Origin: Anthoceros angustus
Lineage: Eukaryota > Plantae > Anthocerotophyta
NCBI GenBank assembly: GCA_010909165.1
Contig: MU008175.1
Location: 310,001 to 374,000, forward strand
Direction: 5' to 3'
Length of the DNA: 64,000 nt
The notes beneath the pieces were generated by a model. The model was not told the origin of the DNA. It saw only the letters and a program-made list of their open reading frames with translations, and searched no databases. A program made the position numbers and the translations under genes. Each line of letters starts with the position of its first letter. Position 1 is the stretch's first letter. Below, piece by piece: positions 13,915 through 26,662 of this stretch.

Positions 13915-16900
13915 TGTTAAAGGATAGTGTTGAGCATATCCGTGAATTAGGTCAGCATTAATTATATATGCTATTATAAGGGTAGCTGAAATAAATATAT
14001 TAGAAGTACCCGTTCAATAGGGTTACGACCCTTACCAACAGTTATGTCTTTTAAGTTCTAGATAGTGTCTTTTCAGTATAAGCATTTTAAGTTCTTTTCT
14101 TGATACTCAATGAAATATGTAATTACTAAATGGTAATTGATCTACATCAACCTTACATTTGTTATGGTATCAAAGCATTTCTGATGTAGGTTGCATCCTA
14201 GGTGATGCACATAAAATTGCGCATCTGAAAATGTGCATTTTGTATATGTTTTGTTGTTTCTTGATTAGAAATACTAATTAAATCAAGAACACAATATATA
14301 CATCAAGAAAATGTTTTGTATTGTTTTTCCCGGCCGCTTTCTATAGAAATTAGCAGATCGAGGTAGTAGTTCTAGCATCACGATCTTTTCCGAAAGATTA
14401 CGATGGAAATACCCTAGACAATCGCCTCGACCGGCAGTTTATAGAAAATTTACTACAAAAATCTAGAATGCATATAAATGCACTCTAACAATACAGAACA
14501 AGGCCAAATGAATGGCCAACAACTTGGAGGCTCCCAATCAGTGGGAATTGCGCCCAGACACTGATGTCCCTAGATGGGTAGCAGGAGGAGAACAAATCTA
14601 CCTCTGGCTAATCAGGGTGCAGGTACTAGGGCTTCAATTGCCGAGCGACTCCATCATGCAACTTGTCAATGGATAGCTCGCAATCAAGATGACCACATGC
14701 AAGCCATTGAACTAAGGGAATCCTTCAACACAATAATAGAGACTCTCTCACCGCAACGAGAGGAATCTTCTCGACTCCGCCTCCCAGAATCCCAACAATC
14801 TTCCAAAATCCGTGTTCGACGTGCCTTCGTGCAACCCCGTAGGTTTTATTACTACACATACAACTCCACACAATGTTGTTAGTGATCTAATCGAGTGCAG
14901 TACTAGGGCTTCAATTGCCGAGCGACTCCATCATGCAACTTGTCAATGGATAGCTCGCAATCAAGATGACCACATGCAAGCCATTGAACTAAGGGAATCC
15001 TTCAACACAATAATAGAGACTCTCTACGCAATGAGAGGAATCTTCTCGACTCCGCCTCCCAGAATCCCAACAATCTTCCAAAATCCGTGTTCGACGTGCC
15101 TTCGTGCAACCCCAGAGGTTTTATTACTACACATACAACTCCACACAATGTTGTTAGTGATCTAACTGAGAGGATCGAAGCACACCAAAGGAGCGTGGAT
15201 AGAAGATATAGTAATACTAACCAGAGAATTTCTTCTGTTGGTGTTGACGTCCTGGATTTGAAAGAGCAGATTTTGCACATTGATTTTAAGCTGCTAACAT
15301 TGCTAAAGCCTAAACTACTGACGCATCTAGCCCACAGAGGAACTGCATGCAGGCCTGTTAGCAAAACTAGCAAAGGTCTTAAATTCGACTGTCCAAACTC
15401 ATGCCCTTCGTGTTCTACCTATGCTTACAATAGGTGGGAGAGCCGGAACAATAGAATCACTCGAAAGGCCTGCATGCGCAATGCTTCATAATGACAGACC
15501 TGCTAACCCTACTAATCCTCTGTAGGATTCAGCTGCACAGGGCAGCCTCACCTTTGATGTAACATTAGCATTTTAGGTGTTCCTTTGCAAAGCCTCGCTC
15601 GACCGCACAAAGATAGGTCAAAGCATTTTAGCATTAGCTAATGGTCATAATTCCTACAGCTAGGAGGACAATGTTACCCTAGAAACATGATCCCACCTCT
15701 AACCTCGGTGGAGATGGTTTCAAAGAAAAGGACAGTTTGGAGGAAGCAGTTATGACATCGGGTCATGCGGATGCGTGGAGCACGCAAAATAAAAAGCTAT
15801 GGAAATTTGCTGGGAGGACAAGTTCTCGACACTGCACTCATCGACTCTACACCTTCGCTATTGAGAAGAAGAGTCGAAGCGTGGACCACTGACGTCGGCG
15901 AATGTATCCGATCCGAGTGGGCTTACCTCGACATGATGAGACAGACCTCCGGATGCAAAACATCGCAGACATATGGACCAAAGCCAGGACTTGTACCGGC
16001 ACCAATACCACTAGCCAAATGACACTCGCAATGTTCGTAATCATGAGAGAGATGGGGATACAATTGAGAAACACATCGGATTCTTTAGAACATCGGGTCA
16101 TGCGGATGCGTGGAGCACGCAAAATAAAAAGCTATGGAAATTTGCCACGAGGAGGACAAGTTCCACGACGCACTACCCGACTCTACACCTTCGCTATTGA
16201 GAAGAAGAGTCGTGAAGCGTGGACTACTGGGGCGCGCAATGTATCCGATCCGGAGTGGGCTTACCTCGACATGATGAGACAGACCTGGATGCAAAACATC
16301 GCAGACATATGGACCGAGCTTGGGACTTGTCTGGCACCAATACCACTAGCCGGATGCCTCGCAATGTTGAGCTGAGAATGAGAGATGGGGATACAATTGA
16401 GAAACACAGATTCTTTAGAACACCTTGGTTTCTAAACTTGAAAGTGCTTCACAGGAAAGTCTTAAGGATGATTTGCTCACAATGTACCTCATGATGTCGC
16501 CCTGCACTCTTGGTCACACTTTGTGACTTCTTACAACGCCGCATCACCAAGGCGAAAATTGCTAAGGTCGCAGGCTCTTCTTCCTCAAACAACTTTTTCG
16601 TAACTAGTGGGAGCTCTCCGTGAGGAACAAGCTTGGCAAGCAAAGATGCAATCGACACTACAAATGTAAACAAAGGGGAAAGCCCAACTTCAAAGGTAAA
16701 CAGAATACCTCAAATGCAAGTAGCTCACAGCGAGCATCTTCACGTAAGAAACCCAAGAAGACTGGAAAATGCCACGTGCCAAGTTCCGTGTCATTGGGAA
16801 AACGAGTGTCGAAGAAGCGGTGGAATACCTCGCAAGGAGGGCAATTCCACTTCCGAGACACACGTTGTTGTGAAGAAACAAGCTTCGCCGCTGATCAGGG

Positions 16901-18957
16901 ACCAGTGGATTTTGTACATCCCTTGCTAACCCACTGCTTGTCAACAAACATCCATGGTAAGCCATTTCATGAATGGTACCTAGATCTGTGCAACAACAAG
17001 ACATCCGCTTGATAGAAATGCCTCACATACAAACCGGTTAAAGGGGATTCGTTTACAGGTGATGATAGGTCACTTGTGTCTCCCGGAATAGGCGTTGAAG
17101 ATTCCAGTCCCTTCAGGTGTCATACTATCTCTTATAGAAGTATATTACGTCCCTGAAATGACTAGAAATCTTATCTCTGTTAGGAAGCTAAACATGGATA
17201 ACAATAGCCATATCCTCTTTACCCCTACAAAGTGTCGGATTATCGATGCATATGATCATCGAAAAATCCTAGCTTACGGATCATCAGACCAAGATCTGTT
17301 TCGCTTGCACACAAATCTTGGTGTAGCCCAAACCCATCTAGCTTCTCAAACTTCAGACGCTCGCAAAACAAGTTGAGAAGGCTAAATTATGGCATTCACG
17401 CCTAGGTCACCCCCACAGTGCCAAGCTACAGAGGCTAGCCACTAGTGACCTTTATTATGATGGAAAAATTGGGCCATTATCACCATTACCTTTGTGTGAG
17501 GCCTGTGTGCTTTCTAAGCGTCACCAGGCAGCCTTCAAGAACAGAACTCCACATCGAGCTTCAGAGATTCTTGAAATGGTACACACTGACATATGTGGGC
17601 CTCTTTCACAGCCCTCACTTGGAGGTGGTCGTTATTTCCTCACATTCACAGACGACAAAACCAGATTTGTCATTGCTTATATCCTCAAAGCTAAAAGTGA
17701 ATGCTTCTCATATTTCAAAGACTACTTGAGGTATGCAGAGAGATGGATAGGAAAACAGCTGAAGATACTCCGATCTGACAATGGCGGTGAATACACATCA
17801 CATGAGTTTCAAGCCTATTGTACAGTGAGGAATTGGCGAGCAACTTACGTGGTTTACACGCAAAGAAACGTGTAGCGTAACGCTTGAACCTAACTCTTCA
17901 GGAGATGGCTTCCTCCCTGCTACATCATGCCAAACTGCCCCTTCCCTACTGGGCTGAAGCCCTTATGACATCTCGTACCCACCGAGTGCCAACCATCACG
18001 TTGAGGGATGACTTATGAAGCTTGTCGCAAGCCTTCTCTCCATCATCTTCGCACCTTTGGCTGCGTCGCTTATGCTTTTATCCCAAAGGAGAAGAGGAAG
18101 AAGCTCTCTGCAAAGTCTAAGAAACTTCTAATGATTGGCTATACAGAGGGCATCAAGGCATATAAACTGTATAATGTTTCTCGTGCTCAAGTCATCTATT
18201 CACGCAGTGTTATCTTCGATGAAGGACGGTTCTGGCAACCAGTGGGAGTTACTCCCGCAAATAAGGAGGATCTGCCTGATGATCTCACACTTCCTGATGT
18301 CACTGTTTTTGAAGACTTCACTCTTGAGGAGGTTCCTCCTGCAGGGGGGGACGAACCGCAACATGAGCAGGTAGTTGGGATAGAACCCGCAAACGCCCCT
18401 GACATTGTTGCTGATCTACAGCAGCAACCTCCTCAACCTAATCAGCCAGATCCAGATGATGCTGAAGACTCACCTGATGATGAAAACAACGACTCTGATG
18501 ATTCCCAACCACTTGAACAGGCAACCGCGCCTCTACGACGCTATCCAGCTCGGGAACGACGAGCCCCCGATTATTATCAAGCTCCAGATTTCAGACCCAC
18601 ATCTTCACATGTTAAGGTCAATGCTGCTATGCCACTTGATCCTATTGAACGGCAGTCTCTTCAGGAAGCTCTTAGCAGACCTCATCATAAAGAGTGGGAG
18701 AAGGCAATCCGATCCGAGTATGACTCCCTTATAGAAAACGGCACATGGGAGTTAGCTAAACTCCCACCAGGCAGAAAAATGGTGTCGTGTAAATGGGTAT
18801 TTAAGCTAAAGGTTAAGGCGATGGTACCTTGACAGTACAAGGCCCGACTTGTTGCAAGAGGATTCTCCCAAGTTCCAGGACTTGATTACTTCGAGACCTT
18901 TGCTCCAGTTGTCAAGCTAGCAACCCTTCGCACCATTTGTGCCCTGTCAGCATACAA

Positions 18958-21778
18958 CCCTACTAGAAAGGGCAGCCTATGTTACAGTCGTTGTTGCAAT
19001 TTTATGTTACACTTCTAACTTGCAACATCATTTGGAGGCTTGGTATTAAGTTTGTCATTTCTTTCCCCAAGTGGGCCTACAATCTTAACATGAACCTGGC
19101 TCTCTCTCCTACCACTTCACCCTCTTAACTACATCCCCTCTCTCATATGCATTGTTTATGAATTCCCTCATGCAATTGCAACATGACTGTAACAAGGACC
19201 CCTCTTCCAGTCCCCATCTTTATTACACCCCATTGGGAGTACAATTAGTTAAGGTTTTTCCTAGCGCTCTTCTTTGCACTCTCTCTTCACAACTATTTGT
19301 TAATGGTGCCCAGACCTGAATATCACAGTAACATGCCCATTAACTGTCACCTTTAAAGGTGACCTAAACATAATATTATTTACCTATGTCTAAGTTCGTG
19401 GGTCCGAGGCTCACTCTGCGTTCGGAGGCAAGGAGAAGGAGGGGGAGAGGAGCAGAAGGGGGAGAGGAGGGGGAGGAAGAGGAGGAGAGGAGGAAGGGGA
19501 GAGGCAAGGAGGAAAGGGGGGAGAGGGATCTGAGGTAGAGGAGGAGGAGGAGTAGGAGGAGGAGGAGGAGAGGAGGAGGAAGGGAGAGGCAATGAGGAAA
19601 GGGGAGAGGGATCCGAGGTAGAGGAGGAGGAGGAGGAGGAGGGGAGGCGAGAGGGAAGGAGGAGGAGGAGGCGAAAGGACGGAGGGGAGATTATAAGGAG
19701 GAGGAGGGAAGATGGAAAGAAGAGGAGCAAGAGGAGGGGAGAGGGAAGGAAGAGGAGGGGAGAGGGAAAGAAGAGGAGGGTAGATGGAAAGGAGGAGGAG
19801 GGGAGAGGAAAGAAGAGGCCCGTTCCATGCTGTGATTTCAAGTAAAGACCCGTTCCAAGCTGTGATTTCTAGTCTCAATTTTTCAGCTGATGCGTAACCA
19901 GTGTGACATGACGTAGGTGACGGGATGGTGGCAGGGCGGGATCACGTGTACACCCGCAAGCAGATCTTGTACTTCCAATACTGTGATTTCCTCTCAAATT
20001 TTCAGCTGTTGCGTAACTAGCTAGTGTGATTTGATGTTAGAGAAGGCGATAGGCAAGGAGGAAAAGGGGACGGGATCTGAGGTAGATAAGGAGGAGGAGG
20101 AGGAGGAGCAGGAGAGTCAAGGAGGGAGAGGGATCCGAGGTAGAGGAGGAGGAGGAGGAGAGAGGCAAGGAGGAAAAGGGGAGAGGGATCGGGAGGTAGA
20201 GGAGGAGGAGGAGGAGGAAGGAGGAAAGGGGGAGGGAGAGGAGGAGGAGGAGGAGGGAGAGGCAAGGAGGAAAAGGGGAGAGGGATATGAGGTAGAGAGG
20301 AGGAGGAGGAGGAGGAGGAGGAGGAGGAGGAGGCAAGGAGGAAAAGGGGTGAGGGAGGATAGAGGAGGAGGAGGAGGAGGAGGAGGAGGAGGAGGGAGGA
20401 GGAGGAGGAGGAGGAGGAGGCAAGGAGGAAATGGGGAGAGGGATCGAGGTAGAGGAGGAGGAGGCAAGGAGGAAAGGGGAGAGGGATCGAGGTAGAGGAG
20501 GAGGAGGAGGAGGAGGAGGAGGAGGAGGAGGAGGAAGGAGGGGAGGAAGGAGGAGGAAGGAGGAGGAAGGAGGGAAGGAGGGGAGATGGGAAGAAGGAGG
20601 AGGGAGAGGGAAGGAAGAGGAGGAGGCTGCTCCATGTGATTTCAAGTAGAGACCCAATCCATGCTGTGATTTCAGAGAGACCCATTCCATGCTATGATTT
20701 CCTCTCAAATTTTCAGCGATGCGTAACCTGACATGATGTTGGTGAAGGGATGGTGGCGGGCGGGATCACGTGACCGCAAGCGATCTTGTACAGAGCATTG
20801 CAAGGTCGCCAAGACCTTCCAATCGTGATTTCCTCTCAAATTTTCAGTCAAGGCGTAACTAGCTAGCGATTTGATGTTAGAGAAGGCGATAGTAGCATGG
20901 CGGGGTGTCTCGTGTACATGTACAATCGCAAGTAGTTGCAAGGTCGTGCCAAGACCCATTCCATGTCATTTCTTATCTCAAATTTTCAGTGATGCGAACT
21001 GACTATGATGTGAAGTTAGGGAAGGCGATGGAAGAAGGCGGAGGGAGGATAGGAGTGGAGCAACCAGCAGCCATGGTCGAGGCAAGGGCAAAAGGCGAAC
21101 GGACATGAGGTAGTTGTCTAGGGGAGAGAGAAGGAGGGAGGACTTGAGCCAAACAACCCCACGGCGATAGCAAACATGGGTCCGCGTAGCACAAACTGAG
21201 GGCACAAAAGGCCGAGTGCTCAAGGACAAACTAGTAAACGATCGTGGACGTGTACAAAGTATGTACGTTATCCGGACGATATGCTTATTTTATATAAAAT
21301 AGAATATGACCATATATCACGAAATTACCATATAGTATATGTTACCATGAACAATACGTGTATTTTACAAAGAATGTATTCATACATGTATTTTATATAT
21401 GTGTATTCATACGAGTATCGGTGGGAACTACTAAGTAAAACTAGGTATTCCATAGGGTAATAGTAGTAAAAGAGGAAGGTAGATGGGGAGGAGGTTCGGT
21501 ACCAAGCCCCAAATGTAACAAGAGACGATGTAACACTTTGGTTGTTGCAATTATGTTGAAATTTTGAGAGGGGACACAAACCACCTCTCACTACATTGCA
21601 ACATAATTGCAACAAGACTGTTACATGACTGTAACAAGGTGGAGGGTTGGTTTCCAAACCTAACTGTAACAAGGGGTCCCAAAAGTGTAACAAGACCCCA
21701 AGATTTTAACATAATTGCAACAAAGGGGGGTCCAAATCTTAACATAAAGTGTAACATGACTGCCCTTTTCTAGTAGGG
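18958..21778. mobile_element. Non-autonomous CMC/EnSpm (CACTA-like) DNA transposon, 2.8 kb, nested in the copia RT
   Basis: TIRs CCCTACTAGAAA(A)GGGCAG at both ends; 3-bp TSD CAA (18955-18957, 21779-21781); many subterminal TGTAAC/GTTACA motifs. Excision restores copia ALSAYKDYEL. No transposase seen. Confidence 0.88.
19430..20630 (+). repeat. Two purine-rich (GGA/GAG)n microsatellite blocks (19430-19815, 20045-20630) alternating with a ~200-bp repeated module
   Basis: Long GGAGGA runs; the module TGTGATTTC...CAAATTTTCAG...GCGTAAC...GGGCGGGATCACGTG recurs at ~19830-20030 and ~20635-20870. Confidence 0.9.
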
Positions 21779-23021
21779 CAAGGATTACGAGCTGCGGATG
21801 TTCGATGTAAAGATCTCGAATGGGAATCGACACCCGAAATTTATATGCGAACCTCCACACGAGGTTAAGGGCAAAGAAGACTATGCTAAGCTAATAAAAT
21901 GTCAGATGGACTTAAGCAATCGCATTGAAGTGGAATGTTGATGTTGAATCGCTAGCTCTTGGATTCACCAAAAGCAAAGCTGATGGCAGTCTATACATAT
22001 ATATCAGTGGAGATGTCACATGTTACTTAGCTGTATACGTGGACGACTTGATACTCTCAAAGAATACCAAATTTATATTGACAAGATAACGGATCTTTTG
22101 GCTACAAAATTTAAGATGTCAAATTTAGGCCCGCTTCAGAGTTGCCTCGGAATCCACATTCAAAGAAACAGGCTTTCTAAGGTTATCACTCTAACGCAGC
22201 CTAGATACTTACTTGACGCGGGGCTCGGCCAGTGATGCTAAGGTGCTACTCCTCTTCCCATCGGATCAAGCTCGGCAAGAGCATGTCACCTACCATACAA
22301 AGTGAGAAGGATCAGATGGCTAACGTACCTTACAGGCAAGCAGTTGGAAAGCTCATATATGCTGCAAACACTACAAGGCCAGAAGTAGCTTATGCAACAA
22401 GCGTTCTGTCACAATATCTTGAAAATCCTGGACAAAAACATTGGAGTTGTGTTAAGCGAGTCTTTAGGTATCTTAAGGGAACTGCCAACAGAGGTATCAA
22501 GTACTCACATGAGATGGGAACTCCCTTAGACCTAGAAGTTTATACAGACTCGGACTACGCCGGTGATGTAGACACCAAAATCAGTGTCAGGATACGTGGT
22601 GTGTGTAGCTGGTGGTCCTATCTGTTGGTCCAGCAAAAGCCAACGTTGCTCTATCCAAGACAGGCGGAATATCGGGTGCCATGCGTGAAAAGAGGTTGTA
22701 TGGTGCAAGCTCTTGTTTTCTGAGCTAGGGATACCTGCACAGTCATCCACACTGACAACCAAGGCTCAATAGCACTGGCTAAGAATCCGGTGTTCCACTC
22801 TAGGACAAAACACGTTGAAGTTGAGTACCACTATATTCGAGAGCTTGTTGCAGCAGGAACAATCGGATTGCAATACATACCAACACAAGACAATCCGGCA
22901 GATGTTCTTACCAAGGCACTGGGACGTGAGCTACACGAGAAGCATGTTAAGGGTCTTGGGCTAGGAGAGTCATTTCCTAGCAAAATTACCACTTAAGCGC
23001 AAAATGAAAACCGCCCACCCA

Positions 23022-23818
23022 CTACAACCTAATACCGTAGTCCGGACTATCTTCAAGTTTCGACACCTCCTTAGGGTTGTCAGAGTCATAGTCTGTGCTG
23101 CTCGAGGAAATCGGACCAACATTGTGCCCGGATGAAGAAGGAGATGACATGTAGTCTTCAGAAGGAACATCGTCCTCCTCAAGCTTGTACACAGAACCTG
23201 CACAAGGCAACAAGCTGAATTAGGAAGCAGTGGGAGTAAGCAAATCAAAAGGGCAGTTACCAAAAAGAAGAGCACTCACGGTAAATGCTAACAACATGTC
23301 CCGGAAACTCGCTCTCACGCACTTTGATGCGTTTCATCACCACACAAGATGTGGTGCACCTGTACCACAGCGGCGAATTAGGTTTCAACAGTGTGCCAAG
23401 GCCAATTATTTTGGTATCCTTCCGAATGCTCCCCTTAGGGAACCGAGGAGGAAGATCATCACGACCATCGTCCCACATAGCAACAGTCCAAGACGGTGAA
23501 AGCTAGAAGTCCGTCGTTGAGCCGCCTCTCCTTTGGTATTCGCTAGCAGGCAGTGAGGGCCGGGAGCCTAGGGTGTTGAGGGGCTCCCATAGCCCTCACG
23601 TTCTCTACTCTGGCTGCAAGGGCGGCTCTTGTCGTTCCTCTGGGGCGACCGGGTCTCCTCCGTGGTTGAGCTGTCTCGGCAGCTGACAACTCCCCACCTC
23701 TTTTAGTTGAGCACGAGGCAGTTGTCCTAGGGGCTGCTCCCCTAGTTATGGCGAACCTTCCTCGGCTGTCTCTCACATGGCGGCGCGCAACCATCTTCTC
23801 CTCAGAGGAAGACGACAT
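23022..23818 (-). pseudogene. Antisense, intron-containing extra gene in the copia 3' region (AT-hook-like motif, unknown domain, acidic tail)
   Basis: MSSSSEEK...RRRPGRPRG...; second part SWTVAMWDDGRDDLPPRFPKG...GHVVSIY; GT-AG intron 23279-23198 (GTGAGT donor, CTAAT branch, TGCAG acceptor) joins in frame to RSVYKLEEDD...DYGIRL*. One frameshift and one TAG near 23500-23545. Confidence 0.6.
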
Positions 23819-24308
23819 CTTTCTCAGCTTACTCTCCAGGCACTCTGTGGCTAGCATGCACAGATGTATAGAGAGAGATAGCGACCGTCGCAGAATCGGC
23901 TTTTCAAGAGCACGCCCCATTAAGTACCGGATGAGGGACGCTTGGGGCGAGGAGCCGGATGATGCAAGGCAAGGCCCATACCGGAGTTGCAAGGTTCACA
24001 GGAGGATCAAGGCGCAAGCGATCTGAATTCACTTTCTAATATGATCACCAAGTGGGAGTGTTAAAGGATAGTGTTGAGCATATCCGTGAATTAGGTCAGC
24101 ATTAATTATATATGCTATTATAAGGGTAGCTGAAATAAATATATTAGAAGTACCCGTTCAATAGGGTTACGACCCTTACCAACAGTTATGTCTTTTAAGT
24201 TCTAGATAGTGTCTTTTCAGTATAAGCATTTTAAGTTCTTTTCTTGATACTTAATGAAATATGTAATTACTAAATGGTAATTGATCTACATCAACCTTAC
24301 ATTTGTTA

Positions 24309-26662
24309 CTGTTTACGCGCAAGAAGAATGAAGGACTGTGGATGTGTCTAGATTACAGAGCTCCGAATCAAACTATAGTTAAGAATGCATATCCTTTGCC
24401 TAGAATGGATGATATGTATGACAGGTTGAAGGGTGCCAAGTATTTCACCGAGCTAGATCTGATGGCGGGGTACAATCATATTAGAATCGCATAGGGACAT
24501 GAGTACAAAACACCATGTAGGACGAGATATGAGTCTTTTGAATTTTTAATTATGCCATTTGGACTTACTCCTGCTCCTGCCACATTTGAGACACTTATGA
24601 ATACTATATTCATAGATCTGGTGGACAAGTGTGTTGCAATCTATCTGGATGACATATTAATCTTTAGCCATACCTTGGAGGAACATGCTGAACACCAATG
24701 AGAAGTGTTACAAAAGCTAAGAGAGTCTTTTTTCTTGGCAATTCTGAACTGTGACTTCGTCAAGACAGGCTTTATTATCTCTGCTGATAGCATCAGAATG
24801 AATCCTAATAAGGTGAGGGCCATTCAAGATTGGCAACCTCATAAGAATATTCATAAGGTTCGAATTTCGAGTTTTATGGGTTTGGCTTCTGTGTACAAGA
24901 GATTCGTATATATGTTTGCTAAGATAGCAGCCCTCATAACTGACCTCTTAAAGATGACGAAAGCTTGGAAGTGAGATGTTGAATGTCAAGCAGCATTTGA
25001 ATACTTGAAGATGAAATTGAGTACTATTCCAATATTAGGAATATATGATCCCAAGAAGAATGCGGAAGTATACAGCGATGCTTCAAACGTGGCCATAGGT
25101 GGAGTGTTGATGCAAGACCATAAGTCGATACCTTTTGAGTCAAGGAAATTGCATCCTTATGAGTTGAAGTATCCCACCGATGAGAAGGAAATGATTGCAG
25201 TCATTCATTGTCTGAAGATGGCAAGAATTCCTAGTTATGTATGATGTGCCTCTCAAGTATAAACCTGGAAAAGAGAATAAGGTTGCAGATGCACCGAGTC
25301 GCAAAAAGAGTAAGGAAGTAAAAGCAATGGCAATAGTGGTTGAACCTATGGACGTTCACAACAAATCAAGGAAGCATATCTGCAGGATCTAGATGTTTAG
25401 GAATGGATTAATGAAATAGAACAAAAAGGAAGCAAACTCAAGCTAAAGAATGGTTTGTTGATATACAAACCGAAGAGGACTATGATCCCAAATTCTTCAG
25501 AGTTGAAGAGCAAATTGCTGCTTGCTGAATGTCATGATGTGCCAAGTGCAGGTCACAGTGGAAGTGACCCCACTTATGAGAAGCTAAGGAAGCTTTGTTA
25601 CTCGCAAGGAATACATTAGGATACAGTGGATTATATCAAGGCATGTGCTGTTTGTCAACAGGATAAGGTGGAGCAAGCTAAGCCAAGAGGTTTGCTACAG
25701 TCCCTACCTATCCCAAGTGGACCATAAAAGAGTATCTCCAAGGATTTCATCATGCCTTAACCACCCAGTAATGGATGTACAATTATCATGACAATGGTGG
25801 ATAGATTCATCAAACAAGCACATTTCATCCTTACAAAGAAGGGAGTGACGGCTTCTGAGTTAGCAAATTTATTTAAGAAGTATGTATACAAGTACCATGG
25901 CTTGCCCATGCAGATTGTGAGTAATAGGGATTTGAGATTTACAGGAGAATTTTGGCATTATGTGCAGATTGATCAGAGGGATTGGGGTTTTCATCTAGAC
26001 GATGCAGAATTTTGTTATAACAATACTGCACACAACTCTCTGGGATGTAGTCCTTTTGAGATGGGAGAAAATTAAGCATTGGATGTGGTAGCCATGCTAA
26101 ATGCTGAAGTTTTCGACGCTACCACTAAGGATCCACGCCAATTCATTGAGCAGTTGCAGGCTAGGCATGAGATTGCCAAAGGAATTTAGCCAAGGCTCAA
26201 GCACGTTAGTAGAAATATGCTAATAGGCACAGGGGAGAAACTGTCTTCAACGTCGGGGATAAAGTATGGGTGAATTGAAGCATTTCCCATTACCTCAAGG
26301 ATTAACTCTTAAATTAAGGCCAAGATATGGTGGTCCATTTGTAGTCTTGAAGTGCATTGGAGAAGTGGCTTACAAGTTACAACTGCCTGAATGGATTTTT
26401 GCACACAATGTGTTCCTTGTATTACTACTGAAACCATTTGTGCCAGGCGAGTAAGAGGAGATGTATAAGAAGAAGTATTGTATTCTCGTGCAACATAATC
26501 AAGGATTGCGAAAAATTGAGGAATTCCTTGCAGAGAGTAGTGTGCCTACCATAGTATATGGTAAAGTTGCGTGGGATCTCAGATCGAAATCGGGTAACGT
26601 TAGAGAATATTCAGAAAGGATCCTGCATGATCACTCGATACGTTGGCTGATCATTGAGGACA
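24309..26662 (+). pseudogene. pol: Ty3/gypsy pol, 3' part (RT, RNase H, integrase, possible degenerate chromodomain-like tail)
   Basis: WMCLDYRAPN..KNAYPLPRMDD, YLDDILI, DASNVAIGGVL, CHDVPSAGH, MVDRFIKQAHFI, KLRPRYGGPF..VAYKLQLP; many stops. Confidence 0.88.

Larger units (their letters stand above)
14500..22996 (+). pseudogene. Ty1/copia gag-pol (gag, protease, GAG-pre-integrase, integrase, RT, RNase H), frameshifted and split by the CMC element
   Basis: WYLD protease motif ~16975; WHSRLGHP ~17390; CEACVLSK; integrase LEMVHTDICGP and LRSDNGGEY; RT KWVFKLK..YKARLVA and LAVYVDDL; RNase H YTDSDYAGD and FHSRTKHVEVEYHYIRE. Integrase precedes RT, the copia order. Confidence 0.9.
13915..24308 (+). 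mobile_element. Ty1/copia LTR retrotransposon nested in the gypsy RT; 250-bp LTRs with TG..TA ends; 5-bp TSD CTGTT
   Basis: LTRs 13915-14164 and 24059-24308 differ at one position I could see; TSD CTGTT 13910-13914 and 24309-24313; PBS TGGTATCAAAGC 14165-14176; PPT AAGTGGGAG before the 3' LTR. Removing it restores gypsy APVLFTRKKNEGLWMCLDY. Confidence 0.95.

Noticed and set aside
11885-14176. Both PBSs read TGGTATCAAAGC instead of ..CAGAGC, suggesting a variant initiator tRNA
   Set aside because: A G-to-A change at a CHG site on the opposite strand is a common methyl-C deamination outcome; two examples are not enough.
19380-20708. Many 150-220-aa poly-Pro/Ser/Leu/Glu/Gly ORFs
   Set aside because: They are stop-free frames of (GGA)n microsatellite inside a non-autonomous element; open in several frames on both strands with no domain content.
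26455-26662. Integrase C-terminal chromodomain in the first gypsy element
   Set aside because: The position fits, but the canonical YLVKWKG..TWEP motif is not readable; left unassigned.
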